The notes under the pieces: model-generated | What the model was told of the DNA's origin: nothing | Databases searched by the model: none | The model's input: only the letters and a program-made list of their open reading frames with translations | Position numbers and translations under genes: made by a program | In this document: positions 1 through 11,300 of the stretch, piece after piece | Layout: every line of letters begins with the position of its first letter | Position numbering within the stretch: position 1 is the stretch's first letter | Source: Verrucomicrobiota bacterium | GTDB lineage: Bacteria; Verrucomicrobiota; Verrucomicrobiia; Limisphaerales; AAA164-E04 | Assembly: GCA_047947115.1 (NCBI GenBank) | Contig: CP170459.1 | Location: 1,888,001-1,952,000 of the forward strand | DNA length: 64,000 nt | Direction of reading: 5' to 3'

Positions 1-1545
1 GTTTTTGGGATAATCCCATATGGTTGTTGGTGTTGAAACAAAAACCAGTAAAAACTCCGCTAATGACAAAGTGTAACCAGATTTCTTTTGAGTTTCCAAG
101 CCTTGAACGACGAAAAATTGAGGCTTCTTTCAGCGGTGGTCACATTTCCTCGGACGGTGGTGCTTTGTTTTTAAGGCAGGCTGATCGGTTACTTGGTCTT
201 ACCAAATCAATTTCCAAGGTGATGACCGATCCTCGTCAATCTGGCCGGACGGCTCATTCCACTCTCGATTTGTTGCGTCAACGCATTTACGGCCTGGCCT
301 TGGGATACGAAGATCTCAACGATCACGATTGCCTCCGAAAGGATCCACTCATTCAAAGTGCTGTGGAACGTTCTGATTCGCTTGCCAGCAGTCCTACTTT
401 GTGTCGCTTTGAAGCTCGGGCAGATCGCCAAACAGCGATGGATTTTTCGAAAGTCTTGATTGAAACTTTTATCAACTCTTTCAAAAAAGCTCCGGAAGAA
501 CTGATTCTGGATTTTGACGCAACTGATGATCGAGTTCATGGCGGCCAGGAGAGACGCAGTTTTCACGGGTATTACGATTGCTGGTGTTTCCTTCCTCTTT
601 ATGTCTTTTGTGGCGAGCAACTCTTGGTCAGTTATCTACGCCCAAGCAATATTGATCCTGCACGTCATGCATGGGCCATTCTCAAATTGCTAGTTCAACG
701 CCTGCGCCAAAAATGGCCCAAAGTACGCATCATCTTCCGGGGAGACTCCGGGTTTTGTCGTTGGAGAATGTTGCGTTGGTGCGAACGTCATGAAGTGAAG
801 TATGTTGTTGGAATCGCCAAAAACCCACGATTGCTTGAACAAGGACAAAACCTTATTTCAGAATCCGCTGTTCTCTTTGAACAGACTGGTGAAAAACAAC
901 GCCACTTTGCCTGTCTCCAATACAAGGCACATTCCTGGGATCAGGAAAGAATGGTGATCATTAAAGCGGAACATAATCGACAGGGCAGCAATCCCAGATT
1001 TGTGGTGAGTAACCTTTCGGGCAATGCCCAGCATATCTACGAGAAGATTTATTGTGCTCGGGGAGAAATGGAAAACCGCATCAAGGAACAACAGCTTGGA
1101 TTATTCGCCGACCGAACCAGTTGTCATAAATGGTGGAGCAATCAGTTTCGACTCCTGCTCAGCAGTGCTGCCTATGTGCTGATGGAAACCATCCGCCGAG
1201 TTGGATTGAAAGGAAGTGAAATGGCTCGAGCCCAGGTCAGCACCATCCGACTGAAACTGTTCAAAATTGGAACCATCGTCCTGAAAAACACAAGACGCAT
1301 TCGATTATTGATGAGTCAGGCATACCCCTATCAAAAACTCTTTGCACATGTTCACGCCAAACTGAACACAGGATAACATGCCCAGAGTGCTGCCCCGGCA
1401 CGTCGAAAAACAATGGGGGATTGGGGGAGTGTATCCTCAATTCGAAAAGAACCTTAAAAAGGTGCGTCTGACCTCTCCAAACTCAACCTTGAGCTACAAT
1501 GAAAACCAATTTGTGGGTATTTCTGGTTTTGATGAAATATCCGGG
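1..1545 (+). mobile_element. IS1380-family insertion sequence (left end outside window)
   Basis: Transposase ORF plus a likely right terminal IR ...GATGAAATATCCGGG (1531-1545) resembling IS1380-family ends, followed by TTAG (possible target duplication; left copy not visible). Confidence 0.85.
63..1376 (+). CDS. IS1380-family DDE transposase
   Basis: Motifs F.GG.ISSDGG, GYEDLNDHD, LDFDATDD, RGDSGF, YCARGEMENRIKE. ATG at 63 is preferred over the TTG at 24. Confidence 0.93.
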   Translation: MTKCNQISFEFPSLERRKIEASFSGGHISSDGGALFLRQADRLLGLTKSISKVMTDPRQSGRTAHSTLDLLRQRIYGLALGYEDLNDHDCLRKDPLIQSAVERSDSLASSPTLCRFEARADRQTAMDFSKVLIETFINSFKKAPEELILDFDATDDRVHGGQERRSFHGYYDCWCFLPLYVFCGEQLLVSYLRPSNIDPARHAWAILKLLVQRLRQKWPKVRIIFRGDSGFCRWRMLRWCERHEVKYVVGIAKNPRLLEQGQNLISESAVLFEQTGEKQRHFACLQYKAHSWDQERMVIIKAEHNRQGSNPRFVVSNLSGNAQHIYEKIYCARGEMENRIKEQQLGLFADRTSCHKWWSNQFRLLLSSAAYVLMETIRRVGLKGSEMARAQVSTIRLKLFKIGTIVLKNTRRIRLLMSQAYPYQKLFAHVHAKLNTG

Positions 1546-1840
1546 TTAGTCATAGTAGATGAGCTTTCCTCGCTGAAGCATCTGCCATCAGGTTGCCTGG
1601 CCTTTAAAATCATTCCAAGCCTCAGAAAGGGATAGGCAGTTGAAGTTGTTAGATGGAGAGGGTTCGTAGTCGAGAAGCCGGCATTTGCTTCATCTTTTTT
1701 TAATCTTGGCATTTTGAGTGCTTTGGTTGGCGCGTACAGTTCTCACGTGGAGTGCGTCGCCAAAAACGGTCGATTTTCACACTTGATGGCAGAATCACCA
1801 ACATTTTGCTGTAGATGCGATCGTTGTCCCGACAACCAGT

Positions 1841-2629
1841 TCACTTACGCACGGAACTCAGACGATCGATTTCCGCGATAATTTTCTCCAAATGATCTGT
1901 CACAAAAAAATGGCCTCCAGTAAAAGTTTTTACTTGAAAGCTGCTTCCAGTGTGTATCTTCCAGGCTTGTAGCATTTCGGTGGTTGCCTCTTCATCGCTC
2001 TCTCCGCCAAATGCCGTTATCGGACATGACAAGGGGGCCTCGTCCATATATTTGTATGTTTCATTAAGTGAAAAATCCGCCCGCAGACATGGCAAGAAGA
2101 GCTCCATTAACTGCTGGTTTTCCAGGACATCCGAAGGCGTGCCATCGAATCGTTTAAGTTCCTGGATGAGTTGTTGATCGGGGAGTTGGTAGATTGGTGG
2201 GTGGCGAAGCGGCAAGTGAGGAGCACTTTTAGCGCATACGAATAAGTGCTCTGGAGCCTTCTTTCCATGTTGCTGGAAGTGTCTCGCCACTTCAAAGGCA
2301 ATGAGCGCGCCCAAGCTGTATCCGAAAAAGTAAAAAGGCAAATCCAGTTGCTTTTCGAGTTCCTTGCTCAGCATGGGAACGAGTGTATCAAGATGATTAA
2401 TGGGTGGACTCGTGATCCGAAATTCGTGGCCGGGCAGGCTTATGATTTGAAGCTCTAGGGGTGAATTTCTCTTATCAAATGCCTCTGGCCATTGGCGAAA
2501 ACTTGATGGACCACCTCCCGCGTAAGGAAAACAGAACAAACGGCCTCTAGCGTTAGCTTTGGGATTGGGAGTGTAAAGCCAACTTTCTTTTAGCGAGGTT
2601 GTGGAGGATGTAATTCGAGTGGGTGGCAT
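1841..2629 (-). CDS. Type II (editing) thioesterase, GrsT/SrfAD-like
   Basis: RLFCFPYAGGG, GYSLG (GxSxG), LRADF and GGHFF motifs. Confidence 0.93.
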   Translation of the reverse strand: MPPTRITSSTTSLKESWLYTPNPKANARGRLFCFPYAGGGPSSFRQWPEAFDKRNSPLELQIISLPGHEFRITSPPINHLDTLVPMLSKELEKQLDLPFYFFGYSLGALIAFEVARHFQQHGKKAPEHLFVCAKSAPHLPLRHPPIYQLPDQQLIQELKRFDGTPSDVLENQQLMELFLPCLRADFSLNETYKYMDEAPLSCPITAFGGESDEEATTEMLQAWKIHTGSSFQVKTFTGGHFFVTDHLEKIIAEIDRLSSVRK

Positions 2630-2638
2630 TCTGTTAAA

Positions 2639-2869
2639 TTATGACCCTATGTATTTGGCAATGGCGTCAACGGAACAGAAGTTTGCCAGCTTTAAGTCAA
2701 CGTCCGGAACATCTCGATTGAATTCGTTCTCAACAAAGAGGACGAGTTGCATCGCAAACAAAGAATTTACCAGCCCCTTTTTGAAAATGTCTTCATCATC
2801 TGCCAAACCCGCGACCGAGATGTGTTGGCTTAAGAATTGGCGGATACGATCTTTGTGCTCCTGTTTCAT
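2639..2869 (-). CDS. Stand-alone ACP, FkbJ/ZmaD type (glyceryl/hydroxymalonyl carrier)
   Basis: 76 aa with GLVNSLFAMQLVLFVE; the NSL attachment motif is typical of FkbJ/ZmaD-type ACPs. Confidence 0.88.
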   Translation of the reverse strand: MKQEHKDRIRQFLSQHISVAGLADDEDIFKKGLVNSLFAMQLVLFVENEFNRDVPDVDLKLANFCSVDAIAKYIGS

Positions 2870-3139
2870 GACTCCTGATATTGATCCGTTGTTTAGTTCA
2901 CATACACTGCGGAGGAAGTAAAGCCGCTGGGCGCATCACTCCGTGGGGCGTGATCTTGCCGAAATTTGGGAGCTTATGCAAGGAAAGTTCGTTCCGATTG
3001 AGCGGGAGCCCAGGTGAAGGGACAGCGTAAAAGGAGGGGGGCTTTATTGGACTTGTGTCCGCCTCAAGGTATTTGGCAGCGGGTGAGCTATGAGGAACAT
3101 CAGTTTTTATACTCTACATGCTGACCGAGGTACGCATGT

Positions 3140-4291
3140 GTGGGGAGTTTTAACTTGCGTTCAAATACGGATCGAATAAGACTGTTACCTCGCAATTTGG
3201 CAAGCGTCATGAATCAAAACAATGACTATCGATTTGGCCACTCCGAACTCGTTTTTGGAGTGCTTATCCGACACGCTCAAATGATGGTCATTCCATTCGT
3301 TTGGGTGGTCTGCTTTTTCCTTACAACAGGAGCCTTTGCGGAGCCAACAGTGATTCTTAAAAGCAAAGATGGTCAGATTCTTAAAGGCGTCCTGATTGAT
3401 CGGGGGAAAGGTGTAATTAAGATTCATTCGGAGGTGTTTGGTCATGTTCAGGTCGAAGAAAGCAAAGTTAAAGTGCGCGATTGGCCGGAAGAGCAACCGG
3501 ATCCCCGTGGTGAAGAAAAAGGTTCTTTACCTGTTCCTCCTTTAACTGCCCCCGTATCCATCGACGAAGATACTCAGAAGGAGAAAACACGAAAATGGCT
3601 CGGTTTACCAAAGGACTTAAATGGCCAAATTGGAGTCGGATTAGGATTCATCGAGGGACATCAGACTAAATCGGAAAACTACTCCACATCGTTGCAGTTG
3701 GGATACGACCATGAACGTTATCATAACCAGATAAGGGGAGACTACCTATATAATAGGGTTAATGATCATCTTGTTAGCAACAACTATAATCTGATTGGTG
3801 AAACCTATCGCTACTTTGGTAGACCCAAGATAGGCCCCTACTATGCTCGATTGCTAGTAATGCATTCGCAGGATGAAGTTCAATTAGTCGACCGGCAAAG
3901 CGAAATCTTTTCGGGGCTGGGAAAGGACATTTACAAGTCCGCTAGTGCCACTTTTCGGGTGGATGCTGGCTATGTTTCGGAGTGGGAAGATTTTTCTCAT
4001 AATCCTGCCTTCGCCTTTTCCGATCCAGGGGTGGAACACCGTCACAAGATTTATCTGCATGAACAGGTTGATTTCCAATTGAACTCAAAATTTCAGATCC
4101 AACATGACGGTCTATTCATGATGGAGAGTAGTGATCAATTCGAAATACGCCTAAAGACTATGTTGAAATATAAGCTTTCAGATCATTTTTCCCTAAACCT
4201 TAATCACTCCTTCATTTTTGACGATACTAGCCCCGTTGGCGTGGATGAGGAATTATCTCAGACGAATCTCCAACTTTCTTACAATTTGTAA
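3140..4291 (+). CDS. Outer-membrane beta-barrel protein, DUF481/YdiY-like
   Basis: Signal-peptide-like segment (MMVIPFVWVVCFFLTTGAFA, so the real start may be ~3282), small N-terminal beta domain, Pro/Glu linker, amphipathic beta strands and C-terminal LQLSYNL. Confidence 0.7.
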   Translation: MGSFNLRSNTDRIRLLPRNLASVMNQNNDYRFGHSELVFGVLIRHAQMMVIPFVWVVCFFLTTGAFAEPTVILKSKDGQILKGVLIDRGKGVIKIHSEVFGHVQVEESKVKVRDWPEEQPDPRGEEKGSLPVPPLTAPVSIDEDTQKEKTRKWLGLPKDLNGQIGVGLGFIEGHQTKSENYSTSLQLGYDHERYHNQIRGDYLYNRVNDHLVSNNYNLIGETYRYFGRPKIGPYYARLLVMHSQDEVQLVDRQSEIFSGLGKDIYKSASATFRVDAGYVSEWEDFSHNPAFAFSDPGVEHRHKIYLHEQVDFQLNSKFQIQHDGLFMMESSDQFEIRLKTMLKYKLSDHFSLNLNHSFIFDDTSPVGVDEELSQTNLQLSYNL

Positions 4292-4590
4292 TCGAGTTTT
4301 CCCCTTCAGCGTGACCCTGGATCATGTATGTGCCAATCGTATTTGTGTCGGAGTTTGGTTGCATCGTGCGAGATTCTCCCCGTGTGTGGCATCTGAGTTA
4401 GGGCGCATCAATACTTGGAAAAATGAGATTTACTCTAATAATTGCAAACCATGCGGGCCGCGTGGGGGTTATGCCCATTGGGGAATTTTAGGCTAATATT
4501 TAAGTGAATTCAGACGCTTGCCTCCTTAGTTTCAGTTAGTTATTTCGTCTTTGACATATCGTTTCAATAAATGTATGAAATCTGTCCATC

Positions 4591-5313
4591 ATGCTAACGG
4601 TTGTGTTAGAGTCAATGTCTGGTGAGCGCGATCTGTCAAAGGAAAAGCAAGCTCAAAAGTTAATCAAAGACGGGGTTATTCTGTCGGTGGGCGGTGGTCT
4701 TCTGCCTGTTCCGATCCTCGATTTGATTGGTATAGCGGGGGGGCAGACCCTCATGCTGAGACAACTTTCCGAGTTATATAGAATTCCTTATTCACAACAC
4801 CGAGCAAAGAACATTATTGCGACTTTGATTGCGAGCTTGGGGACTGGCTACGTCGGAACAGGACTGGTTGCGAGTGTCGTCAAGACGGTGCCATTCGTGG
4901 GGAGCATGGCAGGGGTAGTCAGTTTGCCGATCATAGCCGGGGCATCGACGTATGCACTAGGAAAGGTATTTGTTCAACACTTTGAATCGGGTGGTACTTT
5001 CTTGGACTTCGAACCCGAGAAAACAAAGACTTATTTTGCGCGTCAATTCGCGGAGGGGAAGTTGGTTGTGGGAGAATACAAAGAACATTCTGCTTCGGTT
5101 ACGTGCGACAATAAGTCTGAAGAGGAATCCCTGAAAGGGACTTCCGTGTCTCAAGTGCACTCCTCTGGAGGCGATTCCAACTCTGCTGTCAGCTCCCATC
5201 AATCCGATGTGGATACACCTTCTCATCTCGTCGAGCCCCCTCATCCTTCCAAATCCAGTTCTTCGAGGAAACGATCCCCAAAAAAATCCAAAGGGAAATC
5301 GTCAAGTAATTGA
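4591..5313 (+). CDS. DUF697/YcjF-like membrane-associated protein with Ser/Lys-rich tail
   Basis: GLLPVPILD...Q..ML..LS.LY, K.VP.VGS and GASTYALGKVF..HFESGG motifs; low-complexity C-terminus. Confidence 0.75.
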   Translation: MLTVVLESMSGERDLSKEKQAQKLIKDGVILSVGGGLLPVPILDLIGIAGGQTLMLRQLSELYRIPYSQHRAKNIIATLIASLGTGYVGTGLVASVVKTVPFVGSMAGVVSLPIIAGASTYALGKVFVQHFESGGTFLDFEPEKTKTYFARQFAEGKLVVGEYKEHSASVTCDNKSEEESLKGTSVSQVHSSGGDSNSAVSSHQSDVDTPSHLVEPPHPSKSSSSRKRSPKKSKGKSSSN

Positions 5314-5381
5314 AACAATGGAATGGTTCTTCGGGATGCCATGGAGGATTTCAACGTTCAGGTTAGGAAAGGGAGAGCAAC

Positions 5382-8300
5382 GTGAGCGATGTGAACATAC
5401 TCAAGAAGGCTTATATCACCCTCAAAGAAACCAAATCCGAACTAGCGCGGTTACGTGGCGAGCGGCATGAGCCGATAGCCATCATTGGCATGGCATGCCA
5501 GTTCCCTGGGGGTGTTGAAACTCTCGAGGATTACTGGTCCTTACTGGAGCGTGGAGGAGAAGGGATCTCTGACGTTCCGCCCGATCGATGGGCAAAGGGT
5601 GATTATTATGACACCAACGAAGACGCACCGGGGAAGATGTATACGAGGCGCGCCGGTTTTCTAGAGCGTGATGTTTATGGTTTCGATGCCGAGTTTTTCG
5701 GGCTAACCCCCAAGGAGGCGCGTGCGATGGATCCTCAACATCGACTATTTATCGAGGGATGTTGGCGCGCCATGGAGGATGCCGGGCTGGATGTATCCCA
5801 GTTAAAGGGAAGTCGGACCGGTGTTTTTGCCGGGATTTCCGGAATGGATTATGTTGCTGCCCACTTGCATTCTGGGGACTTGAATCTGGTGGATGCGTAT
5901 TCGGTGACTGGGATTGCGTTTAGCACTTTGACCGGAAGAGTATCCTATCTTTTTGGGTTCGAAGGTCCCTCAATGGCCGTAGATACGGCTTGCTCCTCCT
6001 CATTGGTGAGTTTGCATCTTGCTGTTCAAAGCTTGCGCCGCCGGGAATGCGACTTGGCCTTGGTTGGCGGCGTCAATTTAATCCTGAATCCCGAAATTCA
6101 CGTAGGGTTTTCAAAATTGAAGGGTCTCTCCCGGGATGGCCGTTGTAAGACATTTTCAAAGGATGCTGATGGTCATGGGAGAGGGGAAGGTGTTGGGGTT
6201 ATTGTTCTTAGAAGGCTATCGGATGCCCAGGATAAGCTCGATGCCGTGCGCGGAATCATTCGTGGTACGGCAGTGAATCAGGATGGACGCAGTGTCGGTT
6301 TTACAGCTCCGAACGGACGCTCCCAAGAACGCGTGATCCGCGAAGCATTACTTGATGGGCTAGTTTCGGCCGAGGAAGTCGCATACGTGGAAGCCCATGG
6401 AACGGGAACCCCTTTGGGGGATCCGATTGAAATGGATGCTTTGAATAGAACTTATTGCTCCAGTGTGAGCGGAAGGGGTGAGACGCCGTTGGTTGTGGGG
6501 TCTGTGAAGGCAAATATGGGGCACCTGGAGGCCGCCGCTGGCATTGCGGGCATCATCAAAAGTATTCTGATGCTGGAGCGACGCAGATTTGTCCCTCAAA
6601 TCAATATCTCGGCTCCGAATCCCCACATACCTTGGAGTGAAATGCCCATTCGCATCTCAGATCCGGCCATGAACTGGCAGACTCATGATGAAGGTGCCAC
6701 TTTGCTGTCCGCAGTGAGCGCCTTTGGGTTTAGCGGAACGAATGCACATATTATTCTTGAGAGTGCTCGTGCCGACTCGGGTGACAGCCTGGAGAGTGAA
6801 TCTGGGTTACTTGACAGGGATTGGGAAGTTGTGTGTTTAGCGGCGAAAAGCCGAAAGGCCCTTGCCTCGTTATCCCAGCGGCTGTCGGATCAAGTGGAAA
6901 GCGGCTCTTCTGAGGACGCCTCGTTGAAGGACTTGGCTTTTAGTTCTCGACATCGACGCACGATGCATCGGGTACGTTGCGCTGTGGCGGCGTCCACAAA
7001 AACTGAGCTTATTGAGGGATTAAGGCAGCGGGTTGGAGAGATCATGAAAATGGAATCTGTGGCTGGCGAGCTTGATTCAGAGAGTCGGCCCCAAATAGCG
7101 TTTCTCTTCACCGGCCAGGGCTCACAGTATTTCAGGATGGGGCGGGAATTGTATGAAGGTGTTCCGGTCTTTAGGGATGCGTTCGAACGTTGTGACCGAT
7201 GGCTTCGGGTTCATGCTAACCTGAGTGTGATTGAACTGGTGTATGAAGATGAGACGGAATCTTCCCTGCACCGGACCGCGAATACTCAACCCGTGATTTT
7301 CAGCATTGGTTATGCCTTGTCCGAGATGTGGCGTTATTGGGGGATTGAACCCGATGCGGTTTTGGGACATAGCATCGGAGAGTTCGTGGCAGCGTGCGTC
7401 GCTGGGGTCTTCTCTTTGGAAGACGCCTTATTAATGGTAGCGACGCGAGGAAGGCTCATTCAACAACTTCCAGAAGACGGTGCGATGGGAGTCGTTGTTG
7501 CGAATGCGAAAGCGGTGGCTGAAGTGATGGAGTCCGTTTCGGGATGCGTGACAATTGCTGCGGACAATGCTCCCGAGAATACAGTGATTTCAGGGGATGC
7601 TGCAGCGGTGGACCAGGTGCTCAAGCATTTTAAACGGAGGAATATTCCGGCCCGGAGATTAAGAATCTCTCATGCCATTCACTCACCCAAGATGGAGACC
7701 ATATTGGACGCTTTCGAAAAAGCGGTTGCTCAGGTGGCTTTTCATCCTCCCAGGTTGCCGATACATTCTAATGTCACGGGATGCCTGATAGGGGATGAAA
7801 TCGCCTCCGTCGCATATTGGCGAGAACAGATCGTTAAACCAGTTCGATTTCGTGAGGCGATTCAGCGGCTTCATGCATCGGGGTGTTCGGTTTTCCTTGA
7901 AATTGGTGGAGTGTCTACACTTTCCAGCCTTGGCGTACAGTGTTTACCCGGTTCGAAATGCACGTGGCTGCCCTCCTTGGGGGCCAATTCGTCGATGTTC
8001 AATATGCTTCCCAATCGAGAGGAGGGGCATTCCGATTGGAAATCTGTCATGACAACATTGGGCGCTCTTTTCACTCTTGGTTTGGATGTGCATTGGGCCA
8101 AAGTGGACGAAGGGCGATCGTTTTCCTTTGAGCGCCTCCCGGGGCACCCGTTTTTTCCAGTGCATTTTCGAGTGGATGCTCCGGTCCTCGCAATGCCTCA
8201 ACAGAGTGGTTTGGTGGATTCGGTTCGAGATGGACAGGTTGAACATCAAACCGAATCCAAGAGCGACGGAGGCGCGGCTCACTCCAATCCTCATAATGAC

Positions 8301-11300
8301 GAAATGGCGTTCATGAGGGAAGAAACCTGTTTAAACCTTGTCAAGCGGATGGTCCAGGAAGTGTCAGGGCTTTCCGAGTCCGCATTGACAGGAGAATTGA
8401 ATTGGTTGGAATTGGGCTTGGATTCTCTGATGATCGCTCGGCTCAGGGAACAGGCTTTGTCCGTCTTCCAGGTCGAAGTCGAAATGAGTGCGTTTTTTGA
8501 AGATGCCAGTACGCCTCGACGCTTGGCAGATTACTTGAAGTTACGAATGCCCGCGACTGCCAACAAGGAACCTTCGGTAGGTAGCCGGACGAATAGTAGT
8601 GGTTCCCTCGTCGGCGATGAAAATCGTTTCGAGCCTGGGGACGTTCCGGTCTCAAATGATCATTCAAAGATTAAGGACATTTTCGCCCAGCAACTCAAGA
8701 CTGTCCAGGATTTGATCGATCGCCAGCTTGACGTGTTAAGGCAGAGCGATACGTCTTCGGGAGGAGGGGCTGCCGCATTGCCTGACAGGGAAGCGCTTGA
8801 GCGGATGACTCGTTCCGCGAACGCTCGATCCATGGTGTTTGATAAGGATTCATTGACCACGGAACAGCAGGGCTTTCTGGAACGATTCATCCAGCGCTAC
8901 AACGCGAAAACCGCAAAATCGAAAACCTACACCCAGCAAAACCGACGAGTGTTCGTGGACTGGATCAATTCACTTGGCTTTCGCCGCACACTCAAGGAAC
9001 TGATTTATCCAATCGTTTCGGACGGATCGAAGGGGAGCAAAATCCGGGACATTGATGGGAATGAATACATTGATCTTGCTATTGGTTATGGGGTGAGTTT
9101 TTTTGGACATGGTTTTGAGCCGGTCGTCAACTCGGTCTGTGAACAAATGCAACGGGGTTATGATCTCGGGCCCCAGTCCAAAACGGCCGCGGATGTGGCA
9201 CGGCTCATTTCAAAGATTACGGGTGTCGAAAGGGTGGCCTTTGGTAATACCGGTTCCGAAGCCGTGATGATTGCCCTGCGACTGGCACGGACGGTGACGC
9301 AAAAGAATCACGTGGTCATGTTTGCCGGCTCGTATCATGGGATATCCGATGGCGCCCTTGCGCTACCCGCCCTAAATGGGAGAAGCGCGCCCTCGGCATT
9401 CGGCATTCCGCCCGAAATGGTGCATAACGTGACCGTGCTTCCATACGGAACGCAGGAAGCGATTGAGGCCATCGAATCGATGGCAGGGCAGCTGGCGGCC
9501 GTTTTGGTGGAGCCTGTTCAAAGTCGAAGACCTGGATTTCAGCCCCGAGAGTTCCTGCATCAAGTAAGAAAGATCACCGAAGAGAATGGAGTGATACTCA
9601 TCTTCGATGAAATGCTAACAGGTTTTCGAATTCAGCCGGATGGTGCACAGGGATATTTTGGAGTGCAAGCCGATCTGGTGACTTACGGCAAAGTGGTTGG
9701 CGGTGGATTTCCAATCGGAGTGGTCGCGGGCAAGGCCGAGGTCATGGATGCTGTTGACGGAGGTCCGTGGGAATATGGAGACGATTCCATACCAGACAAG
9801 GATGTCACTTTTTTTGCGGGCACCTTCTGCAAGCACCCTGTTACGATGGCCGCCGCCTACGCAGTGCTGAATCACATCGATACATTGGGGGCCGAACCAT
9901 ACATGGCTTTGCGTGAACGATCCCAAGCATTCGTGGATCGGCTCAATACTTTTTTTACAAGTGAGCGGCTCCCCTTCGAAGCGAATTGTTTTGGTCCGAT
10001 GTTTCGCTTGGAAGCTGCGGGACGATACCATCTGATGCTGCAGCCCCTGGAGTTGGATTTGCTATTCTACCTGCTCATGGAGAAGGGGGTCTATACTTGG
10101 GAAAGACGGATCTGCAGCTGGTCCTTTGCGCATACGCAAGCTGATTTTGAAGCGGTCTATCAGGCGATTGTCGATTCCGTCGCCGAGTTGCGTTCGGGAG
10201 GTTTCAAACTTGAAATTTCCTCCAAGGAGTCGGGGGCCACGCCAATGATTGATGGGACGGTTAATCCGTCGAACCAAAACCTCGCATTGACCTCGTTGCC
10301 AGCTTCCGCTGCCCAACGGCGCATTCACGCGCTGGATCATTTGGAGGATTCGGATTCCGAACCGCAGGCTTATCAGATGCAGGCTGGCTATTGGATTTCC
10401 GGAGAGATTGATTTCGAACGCATGGCTTGGGTGATCCAGGAAATTGGACGTCGGCACGAAGCCCTTAGAACGCGTTTTTATTTTGAGGACGGTCAATTGT
10501 GGCAGCGTATCGACGAGAGTGTTCCATTTCATTTGGAGAGAAAAGAGAGTGAAAGTCTTTCGCCTCAGGATTGGATTAACAAGTTTCGAGAGCGATTTCA
10601 TCTTGAGTCCGGCGGCCTGTTTCGAGCCTGGATCGTCGATTTCACGGAATCGAGAAACCAACACCTCCTGCTTTTGGGGAGCCACCATATCGTCATCGAC
10701 GGGATTTCATGGAATTTGATTGGCCAGGAATTTGCTGCGATTTACGCGGGGCAGTCACTGCCGTATCCGTCTCATCAGTACCAAGACTTTTGCATTCGGA
10801 TGAACGACCGCGCCGTCTCGGAGCAGGCTGAAAGGAGTCGTCAGTTTTGGGGGGAGCAATTTGCCGGTGAAGTGCCCGTCCTGGATTTGCCGACCGATTT
10901 TGTTCGCCCGCGTGAGAGGAGTTCCCAAGGCGGATCCGTTCATGTTACGGTGCCTGAGGAAACGGTCGCGAACCTGCGGGCCTTGGGGCGGAAGGAGGGA
11001 TTGTCAATGTTTATGATTCTCTTCGGTGGTTTCAATCTGTTGCTTCATCGATTGACCGGTCAGACGGATTTGGTGGTGGGGACGCCGGTGGGAGGACGTC
11101 CATCCATGGATTTCGATCGAACTGTCGGGATGTTTGCTAATACCTTGGCGATTCGAACCGGAGTGGATCCTGAAAACACGGTTCTCGGTTACTTGCGGCA
11201 TGTTAGGAGTGTGATGGCAAAGGCGGGGGATCACCAAGATTATCCGTTGGAACTACTATCCTCCGAATTGAATCTGGAGCGCGATCCCAGCCGGAGCGGT

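Noticed and set aside
1378..1712. Small ORFs after the transposase
   Set aside because: They span the IS right end and have no recognisable features.
2249..2258. 10-bp match to the tRNA 3' end as a left att site
   Set aside because: Short, inside the TEII coding sequence and in inverted orientation; likely chance.
1841..2629. Main product-releasing thioesterase
   Set aside because: Size and motifs are those of editing type II TEs; a release role is possible but unsupported.
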